From positions 1 through 62,722 of IMG/VR virus record IMGVR_UViG_3300005826_000008: 62,722 bases of DNA. One strand, 5' to 3'. This DNA comes from a virus (Duplodnaviria; Caudoviricetes). How positions within the stretch are numbered: position 1 is the stretch's first letter; every line of letters begins with the position of its first letter. A model generated the notes under the pieces. That model made no database searches. It was not told the DNA's origin and saw only the letters and a program-made list of their open reading frames with translations. Shown here piece by piece: positions 9,962 to 16,923 of this stretch. A program made the translations under genes and the position numbers.

Positions 9962-10035
9962 GGCGCATTCGTCTATCGGTAGGATACCAGGCTTTCAACC
10001 TGAGAAGAGGGGTTCGACTCCCCTATGCGTCACCA
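9962..10035 (+). tRNA. tRNA-Glu(TTC)
   Basis: canonical cloverleaf, CT-TTC-AA, ACCA. Confidence 0.92.
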
Positions 10036-10196
10036 TTAAAGAGTAGAGACACATGATTGTTTTCATCATGTTGATGACCAAATCTATCATCAACAGCGAT
10101 ACCTGGATCATGTATTAAAACTGTAACCTGGTGGAGCCGGCGGTATTTATATCGCCCCCAATTCTTCATTACATTGAATTGTAATGAAGAGTCTAA

Positions 10197-10266
10197 TACC
10201 GAATGTAGTCAGGATTACATTTGACACAAAATCAAAACCAAAACATCTTGGCATTCTTTGTCGGTA
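10197..10266 (+). ncRNA. Y RNA-like copy Y5 (minimal; loop CAA)
   Basis: TACCGA/TCGGTA; ATGTAGTCAGGATTACATT; GTCAGGAT/ATCTTGGC; TTTGA-CACAAAA-TCAAA. Confidence 0.8.
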
Positions 10267-10309
10267 ATTAACTTATGTCATTTAATTATTCATTTAGTTG
10301 AGTGACACT

Positions 10310-10747
10310 ATGATCTTCTTAGTAGGTAGGCTTAAGAGCAGCCATCCTTTAAAGAGTTGCCAATGGTAGAGAATTGTTAATAGCAGTATATCCTCGATAG
10401 ATGAATGTTATTGTGACATTCATTGAAGCGTTGCCGCTAGGCATTGATGCTAATATTAGCGCTTATTAGCGGAGCCTTTTAGTCCGATGAATTATGCGGA
10501 CGTAGAACCATCGGGAAGTGAATGAGTGTAGGACTTATCAACTGATTTTTCTAACCCTAGTAATAGGGGGAATTCCTATTTTGACGTTGATAGGGAGTAA
10601 ACTTCAGTAGCATATGGCTGGTTTTGCCCACACTGGCTAGGAGGAATTGTGGGTTTGACTTAAAGGAATGTATCGGACAGCTACACCTTAAGGACGACCA
10701 GTACAGCCCTAAGAGCATTTGGCGTAACAGCACACTATTAAGATCAT
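10310..10747 (+). ncRNA. large structured RNA with split 23S rRNA L11-binding (GTPase-associated centre) mimic
   Basis: AGGTAGGCTTAAGAGCAGCCATCCTTTAAAGAGT and GCGTAACAGCACACT match H43/H44; closed by ATGATCTT/AAGATCAT. Confidence 0.7.
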
Positions 10748-10767
10748 TATCTTGGAGAATAAAGTTT

Positions 10768-11271
10768 ATGAAAAGTGTAAAAGATGAAATTAGTTCTATA
10801 GAAAAAGAGATAACAGAAAAACAGCATAGTTTAAAACAACTTAAATCTATGTTGGAATCTTATCCAGATCTGGAAGTTCATACGGGAAGATGGAATAAGA
10901 AAGTATATTCTTCGAGAAGTGTAAATAGTTTAGTTAATAATTATGATGATAGACACAATTGTGGATGTTGTTCTGACTCGCCTTTGGAAGTTTGGACATA
11001 TTTAGAAACAGAATATGGCAAAGTATATTCTTCTCCTGCAATGTTTTTTATTGGACAAAAGAATGAATATGGATATGGAGATTTACCTGATCCAGGTTGG
11101 GAAGATAAACTTAGGAAAGAAAACATTCCAGAAGAATTAATTGAAAAAATGTCTAGTCTTTTTTCAGACGAAGAGTATAGAGAAGAGTATAATGACGATG
11201 ATGACGATGATGACGATGATGACGATGATGACGATGATGACAATGATGACAATGATGACAATGATGATTAA
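10768..11271 (+). CDS. hypothetical protein with poly-Asp tail
   Basis: ATG after GGAG RBS; CGCC motif; acidic tail. Confidence 0.7.
   Translation: MKSVKDEISSIEKEITEKQHSLKQLKSMLESYPDLEVHTGRWNKKVYSSRSVNSLVNNYDDRHNCGCCSDSPLEVWTYLETEYGKVYSSPAMFFIGQKNEYGYGDLPDPGWEDKLRKENIPEELIEKMSSLFSDEEYREEYNDDDDDDDDDDDDDDDDNDDNDDNDD
11190..11268 (+). repeat. 9-bp tandem repeat encoding poly-Asp/Asn
   Basis: (GACGATGAT)n then (GACAATGAT)n. Confidence 0.85.
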
Positions 11272-11273
11272 AT

Positions 11274-11328
11274 GGTGACGTAGCCCAACTGGCAGCGGCG
11301 ATAGCCTTAGAAGCTATTCAGTGTGAGG
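11274..11328 (+). pseudogene. truncated tRNA-Leu(TAG)
   Basis: 5' acceptor strand, D-arm and ATAGC-CTTAGAA-GCTAT present; breaks off in T-stem. Confidence 0.7.
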
Positions 11329-11440
11329 AAGTCGTCCGATGATTTTGTTAAGTTTGAAATGACTAGACTTCATAAACCACAAAAGGTTTTATTAGCTCAT
11401 TTGAAAGAATCGTATTGGGGTATTGCCTTTATAAAGGAGA

Positions 11441-11662
11441 TTGATGATGACTCTTAGAGGAAAGTTACAAGCGTTAGTTTCAAGTGGAGATCTTAGATCT
11501 TTTAATTATCAAGAAGGAATTCTTGATGAAACTAATAGGGAAGTAGATGTTTTGGAATTGGTATATCCTTCTGGAAGAAAAATTAAGTTAACTACTTTTT
11601 GTTCAGGATGTTTAGAGTCAAGTGGATTTCTTCTTCTTTTAGATAAACCCTCTGAAGATTAA
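11441..11662 (+). CDS. hypothetical protein
   Basis: AAGGAG RBS. Confidence 0.55.
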   Translation: MMMTLRGKLQALVSSGDLRSFNYQEGILDETNREVDVLELVYPSGRKIKLTTFCSGCLESSGFLLLLDKPSED

Positions 11663-11668
11663 TGGTAT

Positions 11669-11742
11669 GGGGCGCGAGTAGGATGCGAATACGGCACGTT
11701 TGCACCGTGCAAGACGGGGATGGTAACCCCGGCGCTCCACCA
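11669..11742 (+). tRNA. tRNA-Ala(TGC), atypical T loop
   Basis: G3-U70, GCACG-TTTGCAC-CGTGC, ACCA. Confidence 0.75.
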
Positions 11743-11746
11743 ATAT

Positions 11747-11821
11747 GTTGGTAATGACATTAAAAGTCAACCAGCTACAAAACGGCTGGTAGGGTGAGTG
11801 GAAGACTCACAGCCAACACCA
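11747..11821 (+). tRNA. atypical tRNA-like RNA (7-bp anticodon stem)
   Basis: GTTGGT/GCCAAC + ACCA; TGAC/GTCA D-stem; ACCAGCT-ACAAAAC-GGCTGGT; GTGAG/CTCAC. Confidence 0.5.
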
Positions 11822-11943
11822 TGAAACAAATGTCAGAATGCTTTACATTTATTATATGATATAGGTTCAAATCCTTTCCGACCCGCTATATGGGTCGGCT
11901 GCACATTGGCGAGTGCTACAAGTATTCAATTTTTGTTGTTTCA
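11822..11943 (+). ncRNA. Y RNA-like copy Y6 (YrlA-type)
   Basis: TGAAACAA/TTGTTTCA; GAATGCTT/AAGTATTC; T-arm AGGTTCAAATCCT; CCGACCC/GGGTCGG; GCAC/GTGC D-arm. Confidence 0.85.
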
Positions 11944-12224
11944 AAATTTAAAATGGAGAAAGTTATAATGTGTTCTGATTCAAATATAGATTATTCAAAT
12001 CCAGATGAAGCTTTTTGGCAAGGAAAAAAAGTCTGCTGAAAAAGAATTAATAAATGAAATTCGTTCTTTGAAAAGAGAAGTATCCCGACTTAAGAGTAAA
12101 GTTCGTTTGCTAGAAGAGAATATCAAATTAAAAAATAGAGTTAAAGAATTAGAAGATGGTGTTCGTAAAATGATCGGGGCATGATAGCAGATTCCCATCG
12201 ATTGACGGAACCGCCGGAGGGTGT

Positions 12225-12296
12225 AGCGGGGAGGGACGGTCCCAAGTAAGAGTCATGATCTTACCGCTCTAAGTTCAATTCTTAGTCCCGCAACCA
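12225..12296 (+). tRNA. tRNA-Met(CAT)-like, 1-72 mismatch, minimal D arm
   Basis: GCGGGG/TCCCGC, TAAGA-GTCATGA-TCTTA, CTAAG-TTCAATT-CTTAG, ACCA. Confidence 0.6.
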
Positions 12297-12418
12297 ATGC
12301 TGTGCTCAATTCCAAGTCTGACGCACGGCTTATTAATGACTTGGGGGTTACTCATTCACTCTTAGCGGCAACCTTTATCCATGATGCGTTGCAAATAGAA
12401 TGAGAGCATGGATACTAT

Positions 12419-12501
12419 GCGGGTAAAGTCTCAATGGCGGGACACCAGCCTTCCAAGCTGGCGAGGTAAAACGCAGATGAGTTCGATTCTCATTACTCGC
12501 T
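12419..12501 (+). tRNA. tRNA-Gly(TCC) with long variable region, no encoded CCA
   Basis: CCAGC-CTTCCAA-GCTGG; GCGGGTA/TACTCGC. Confidence 0.75.
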
Positions 12502-13185
12502 CAATTTATAGTTAATAATCTTTGTAATGATATCGATATATTTTCTAGCTTTCAATGGTTTAAAGTTCTTCATAGAAGATGTATCTATTATAACTAATTC
12601 AATTTCTTGTTCTAAACAGGCTTGGAACTTCCTGTTGTCGTTGTTTTGAATAGATGCTAATTTTTCTACACCATAAATTGGTTCATAGTGAAAGATGCCG
12701 TTTAATTCAAAAGCTAAATTGAGAGAAGGAATGTAGATATCAAGCTCGGAATTGATCTCTTCTTTTGAGTTGTATTTAACATCTAATTCTGGATATAAAG
12801 AATTAAGTTGTTCTTCTAACCATTTTTCTAGTTTAGATCTTCTAGTTCCACTAGTTTTATGAGTGTTGTAGTAGGTGGTTGCACAACTATGAGAACAAAA
12901 ATTGTTTCCACTATCTGTTAATTCAGAAGGTATCTTTGTAAAAGTTTTATTACAATGAGCACAATGAATTGTAATTGTTTTATCTCTGGCTTCATTAAAG
13001 CATTTGTATGAACAGTATATTGCTGGTTGTTTGTGTGTTTTGATTTTACTTTGAATCACATTTTTTATTCTTATAAATGTTTGATTGCAGTTAGGACAGG
13101 TTAGTTTTACTTCCGTCTTTGATGGAAGCGAGTCGATATATTGGATGAAGTTTTTATTTTGTGAAGCATACATAACTGTATACAT
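12493..13185 (-). CDS. zinc-finger + PD-(D/E)xK/Vsr-like homing endonuclease
   Basis: CxxC...YCSxxC repeats; ELDIYIPSLNLAFELNGIFHY. Confidence 0.75.
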   Translation of the reverse strand: MYTVMYASQNKNFIQYIDSLPSKTEVKLTCPNCNQTFIRIKNVIQSKIKTHKQPAIYCSYKCFNEARDKTITIHCAHCNKTFTKIPSELTDSGNNFCSHSCATTYYNTHKTSGTRRSKLEKWLEEQLNSLYPELDVKYNSKEEINSELDIYIPSLNLAFELNGIFHYEPIYGVEKLASIQNNDNRKFQACLEQEIELVIIDTSSMKNFKPLKARKYIDIITKIINYKLSE

Positions 13186-13307
13186 TAAAAATGATAGTTT
13201 CGATTCCGGTTATCCGCTCTGCATGCTAGGAACAAGCATCGTGGATTCATCTTACTGGTTAGATGATGTAACAAGAACCTTCTCATCAAAGGTGTTCCAT
13301 AGTTTAA

Positions 13308-13557
13308 TTTGATGAATGTAGTTAGGGATTACATTTAACAATAAATAACGCGATAATATGGTGAATAACCGCCACTCCGAAACATGTTATGAGTGGTAAA
13401 CCAGATCTTAAAATATATATGTCTCGTGATCTTGTAGCGAGTAAAGCTTGCAAGACCCGTATGATTCTAAAGGTGATTACTTCTTATGAAAATAAGGTGG
13501 GTTAAACTGAATCAACATTCCTTTCGGGGAAACATCTCTACATTCTTTGTCATCAAA
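13308..13557 (+). ncRNA. Y RNA-like copy Y7 (large ~200-nt multi-hairpin cargo)
   Basis: TTTGATGA/TCATCAAA; ATGTAGTTAGGGATTACATT...ATCTCTACATTCTTTG. Confidence 0.8.
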
Positions 13558-13564
13558 CAAACAT

Positions 13565-13636
13565 AATCGTATAGCTTAATTTAAAGCCCTGTATTGTATA
13601 CGGGAGATTTTGGTGAAAATCCAAATGCGGTTACCA
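13565..13636 (+). tRNA. atypical tRNA-Thr(TGT)-like
   Basis: AATCGTA/TGCGGTT + ACCA; CCTGT-ATTGTAT-ACGGG; TGAAAAT T loop. Confidence 0.55.
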
Positions 13637-13747
13637 AAAGGAATAATAATCTAATCTGTCTGATCGCAGGTTGGATTGCTATAGTGTGTAGGTCAGGGCA
13701 CACTAGAAGTTTCTGGGTCGTCTAAACACCTGGAGTTATTCTGCTAT

Positions 13748-13833
13748 GGTCTCGTGGCGGAATTGGCATACGCAGCAGTCTCAAAAACTGTGCCCTTATG
13801 GGCTTGTGGGTTCGACTCCCACCGGGACTACCA
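13748..13833 (+). tRNA. tRNA-Leu(CAA)
   Basis: canonical class II cloverleaf, ACCA. Confidence 0.93.
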
Positions 13834-13852
13834 AAATAAAAGAGGTTTAATA

Positions 13853-14389
13853 ATGAATGATTGGATTGAATTAAATTTGCCTTATTCATATTATGAGAGT
13901 TTGGAAACACCAGATCTACCTGATTTGGATGATAGAATAAAGCAAAAGTTTGGTAAACTTCCTGAGGAAGTAAAGGTTTTGTTATCTCAGTTTGGAGATG
14001 AAGCTTATAAAAAATATTATAAGCTTTGTCTTAAAGGAAAGAGTCAAAAAGATCTTGAGAAGTCTAATGATAAAGATATTCAGGCGATAGTGTCTTATAA
14101 ATCTCTTGAAGAAGAAATTGATAATTGGTATTGGGTTCAGCCTGAAGTGGCAGAATGGGAATCTTTATGTGATAAGTTAAGAAAAGAACATAAAGAAAAA
14201 ATAAAATCTAAATCATTTTCTAGTTTAGGTTTAAACAAACCTGGAGTACTTATTGAAGTAGAGCAAGACGGAAAAGATGTTCAATATCTTATTGGAGATA
14301 TAAATACTTCATGTGGTGTCTGTAATGATTGTACAGCTTTTAGTGATGATACGATTGTGAAGAGGTATAAAATTGTATGGCAAGAATAA
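13853..14389 (+). CDS. hypothetical protein
   Basis: ATG after GAGG; C-terminal GDINTSCGVCNDC. Confidence 0.7.
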   Translation: MNDWIELNLPYSYYESLETPDLPDLDDRIKQKFGKLPEEVKVLLSQFGDEAYKKYYKLCLKGKSQKDLEKSNDKDIQAIVSYKSLEEEIDNWYWVQPEVAEWESLCDKLRKEHKEKIKSKSFSSLGLNKPGVLIEVEQDGKDVQYLIGDINTSCGVCNDCTAFSDDTIVKRYKIVWQE

Positions 14390-14795
14390 AATAGAGATAG
14401 TCGGAAAGTATGGAGCTTTTCATCTTTCGATGCCAGATGATATTAGTGAATCTGATATATTAATGATTCATAATATAATTACCCCTTTATTGGATGGCAA
14501 GAATGTTAGTGAGATAGTAGGATCTTTTTCACCTGGTGATGTAACTCCTACTACTTGTTTGAAATACAAGATCACTTTTTGTTTTTCTTCTCCCAGATCT
14601 TTTGAGAAGTTGAGGGCAGTATCTGCGTTGAGGAAAGCTTTTAGTGAGATATCTCTTAAGGAATCAAAAGATATAGTGGATGGAATAAAAGAGTTACCTC
14701 CTATTTATGCTGAAGAACTTTATCATTTGAATAGTATTTTTAATGATAAAGGAGTTACCTCTTATAAGGCAGAGTTAGTAGTGGTTGAAATATAA
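14376..14795 (+). CDS. protein with ribosomal L7/L12 C-terminal-like motif (start uncertain)
   Basis: KLRAVSALRKAFSEISLKESKDIVD resembles L7/L12 CTD K.xxIKxVR...GLKEAKxLVE. Confidence 0.45.
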   Translation, partial: YGKNKIEIVGKYGAFHLSMPDDISESDILMIHNIITPLLDGKNVSEIVGSFSPGDVTPTTCLKYKITFCFSSPRSFEKLRAVSALRKAFSEISLKESKDIVDGIKELPPIYAEELYHLNSIFNDKGVTSYKAELVVVEI

Positions 14796-14796
14796 T

Positions 14797-14883
14797 GGTG
14801 CTGTGGCGTAACTGGCAGCCGCGCTAGACTAAGAATCTAGAGTTCGAAAGAACGTGTGGGTTCAACTCCCACCAGCACCACCA
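14797..14883 (+). tRNA. tRNA-Leu(AAG)
   Basis: CTAGA-CTAAGAA-TCTAG, long variable arm, ACCA. Confidence 0.88.
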
Positions 14884-15009
14884 AAGTGAATGCAGTAAGG
14901 ATTACATTACAGTGAACTTCCAGGTCCAGGTGAAAATCCTGGTATTGCGAAAGTAATATGGTATAACTAGTATCGGAAGAAAAAAGTATCTTTACAATTT
15001 TTGTCACTT
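14884..15009 (+). ncRNA. Y RNA-like copy Y8 (YrlA-type; loop GTG)
   Basis: AAGTGA/TCACTT; GTAAGGAT/ATCTTTAC; CAGTGAA then CTTCC/GGAAG; CCAGG/CCTGG T-arm; TATTGC-GAAA-GTAATA. Confidence 0.85.
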
Positions 15010-15013
15010 CAAT

Positions 15014-15094
15014 GCCTGGTTCGCTCAGTGGAAGAGCATTCGGCTGTTAACCGAACGGGTAAAACCAACGGGAGTTCGATTCTCTCATCAGGCG
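15014..15094 (+). tRNA. tRNA-Asn(GTT) with long variable arm
   Basis: TTCGG-CTGTTAA-CCGAA; GGT-AAA-ACC variable hairpin. Confidence 0.8.
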
Positions 15095-15425
15095 CAACTT
15101 CTAAAGTAAACCAGAAGTGGATTACACGCGTTGTTGAAAAAATTGTCGAGAAAACAACCCCTAATCCTAACCCGAGTAATTTTATAATTATAAGGCACAA
15201 AGAGGTTGATATAAATCTAGTAGTTGAGGTCAAGTATCCGGACGCAACGAATTACGAGGGGAGAAAGATAATGGTTTATAGAAACCTATCTTTCAATGAT
15301 ATTAAGAACACAAAGTTTCTTGACCCTCATTTCTGCGACCATGGTAATTGCATATCACCATTTGCTAGACTTCGACCAACAGATTCTGGTTGGATTGCAG
15401 CCATAGCTCTTGCAAAGATGATATA

Positions 15426-15662
15426 ATGCAAATAAAGTTAGAGAAAGCTTCTGGTAGGGCAATATGTCGTCATCTTGATTGTAAAAGGAAGCCAGAGTAC
15501 ATAAATGAATCTGGTCGTATTATTAAGGGTACAATTTGTTGTAAAATTTCTGTTGGTACTGCTGCTGGTTGGTTTTCAGCTTTTTATTGCAGAGATTGTT
15601 TAGAGAAGATACATGATGAGATAAGAGAGAAGTTGAATCCAAAGTTATGGATTTTTAGTTGA
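15426..15662 (+). CDS. small Zn-finger-like protein, C-terminal KLWIFS
   Basis: CRHLDC...YCRDC. Confidence 0.6.
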   Translation: MQIKLEKASGRAICRHLDCKRKPEYINESGRIIKGTICCKISVGTAAGWFSAFYCRDCLEKIHDEIREKLNPKLWIFS

Positions 15663-15666
15663 ATAT

Positions 15667-15745
15667 GTTCCTGTCGTCTAATAATCATAGGACATCCGTC
15701 GCGATGAGGCGGGGAATCTAGGTTGATATCCTAGTGGGAGCGCCA
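15667..15745 (+). tRNA. atypical tRNA-like RNA (6-bp anticodon stem, GAT)
   Basis: GTTCCTG/TGGGAGC + GCCA; TCCGTC-GCGATGA-GGCGGG. Confidence 0.5.
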
Positions 15746-15746
15746 A

Positions 15747-15813
15747 AGTTTTCTGAGGTTTTTTGGTAAAAACGCTGACGAGTATTGCAAGGTTCGATTC
15801 CTGCCAGGAAACT
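15747..15813 (+). ncRNA. tRNA-like RNA with miniature anticodon arm
   Basis: AGTTTTCT/AGGAAACT, D-arm GTTTT/AAAAC, GGTTCGATTCC T loop. Confidence 0.45.
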
Positions 15814-15815
15814 AA

Positions 15816-15939
15816 TGTACAAATGCTAGTAAGGGATTACATTTTATATTGTGAATAAAACAGCGAAGTTCGATTCTTCGGGTTTCCGTGAGGGAACTGC
15901 GTGGTGCCAGAAAACATCTCTTGCAATTTTTGTTGTACA
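15816..15939 (+). ncRNA. Y RNA-like copy Y9 (loop TGT + permuted tRNA body)
   Basis: TGTACAA/TTGTACA; TTTTAT-ATTGTGA-ATAAAA; CGAAG-TTCGATT-CTTCG; GGTTTCC-GTGA-GGGAACT. Confidence 0.85.
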
Positions 15940-15983
15940 AAAATTTATAGAATATAATAGTTAATACTTTTGTATTCTACTAT

Positions 15984-16170
15984 GTAACAAATGTCAGAAA
16001 GGATTACATTTTATTCTGATTAAATAAACAGGTGGGTTCAATTCCCACGCCTCCAACCAAATTCCATACTATGTATGGTGCCCCAGGGCTCTGAGGGAGC
16101 AAGTATCGGAGCTGCTTTATTGGAGGTGCAGGCGCCAGTCAAACTAATCTTTTCACCCTTTCGTTGTTAC
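15984..16170 (+). ncRNA. Y RNA-like copy Y10 (loop GAT, permuted tRNA with internal CCA and long linker)
   Basis: GTAACAA/TTGTTAC; TTTATT-CTGATTA-AATAAA; GTGGG-TTCAATT-CCCAC; GCCTCCA-A-CCA...TGGAGGT. Confidence 0.85.
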
Positions 16171-16173
16171 TAT

Positions 16174-16249
16174 GGGTCTCTTGCCAACGTGGTCAAGGCA
16201 ATGCACTGAAAATGCATTTATCTCGGTTCGATTCCGTGGGGGCTCACCA
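16174..16249 (+). tRNA. tRNA-Phe(GAA)
   Basis: ATGCA-CTGAAAA-TGCAT, ACCA. Confidence 0.88.
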
Positions 16250-16392
16250 GACAGAATGCTTGGAGGATTTACATAGCAAATCAACTGTAAATTGATAAGA
16301 TAGTAAGTGAAAACCTTACCTCGCCCACCATATCACGATGCAATCTTATGGGCGAGAAGCAAAACAAATAATTCTTCGTACTTTGTCTGTCT
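16249..16392 (+). ncRNA. Y RNA-like copy Y11 (permuted tRNA-Tyr(GTA) with internal CCA)
   Basis: AGACAGA/TCTGTCT; ATCAA-CTGTAAA-TTGAT; GTAAG/CTTAC; CTCGCCC-A-CCA...GGGCGAG. Confidence 0.85.
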
Positions 16393-16395
16393 TAA

Positions 16396-16470
16396 CGGCT
16401 TGTAACAAAGTGGTCTATGTGCCTGTCTGATAAGCAGGTTATGTGAGTTCAATTCTCACCAAGCCGACCA
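16396..16470 (+). tRNA. tRNA-Ile(GAT)
   Basis: CCTGT-CTGATAA-GCAGG, ACCA. Confidence 0.85.
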
Positions 16471-16487
16471 AGGAAAGATAATTAGTA

Positions 16488-16727
16488 ATGAATATAGTAA
16501 AAAAGTTTTCTACTGATTTAGAAGTGGAAAGAAAAAATTCTATTTATAGTAAGGAAGCATTTTTAGAATGGGGACTTGGTGATGATGGAAATTTATATGC
16601 CAGATATTCTATATCTGGATTTCATAGTGATTCGTGGGTGAAAAGCGAGAATATTTCTTTTAGTATTTCACTGAAAGAAATGGAAAAAATTGTTAAAGAG
16701 TTTTCTAAACTTGTAATTTTTACATGA
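16488..16727 (+). CDS. hypothetical protein, C-terminal KLVIFT
   Basis: ORF between tRNAs. Confidence 0.6.
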   Translation: MNIVKKFSTDLEVERKNSIYSKEAFLEWGLGDDGNLYARYSISGFHSDSWVKSENISFSISLKEMEKIVKEFSKLVIFT

Positions 16728-16734
16728 TTTTAAT

Positions 16735-16809
16735 GGGGCTATAGCATAATGGTAGTGCACTCGGCTGTCTCCCGAGGTTGTGAGGGTTCGAATCCCTTTG
16801 GTCCCGCCA
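16735..16809 (+). tRNA. tRNA-Asp(GTC)
   Basis: CTCGG-CTGTCTC-CCGAG, GCCA. Confidence 0.88.
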
Positions 16810-16923
16810 ATAAAACTTATTAACAATTCAAAAGCCCCTGGAGTCGGATAGTCTGACGGGGTAAACATACCGAAAGGAAATAGATATGAATTAAAGGGCT
16901 GGCAACCCAAGGTAAGGTATATT

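Noticed and set aside
10321-10736. A true 23S rRNA gene or host contamination
   Set aside because: Only the ~55-nt H43-H44 region matches; the flanks are phage-like.
10941-11261. Poly-Ser minus-strand ORF
   Set aside because: Antisense shadow of the poly-Asp repeat.
11968-12184. Programmed frameshift at the A7 run in a small coiled-coil ORF
   Set aside because: Cannot be distinguished from a homopolymer error or pseudogene; no stimulatory structure seen.
15001-15426. 141-aa CDS as called
   Set aside because: Its 5' third overlaps Y8 and tRNA-Asn; only the 3' part looks coding, and it lacks a clear start.
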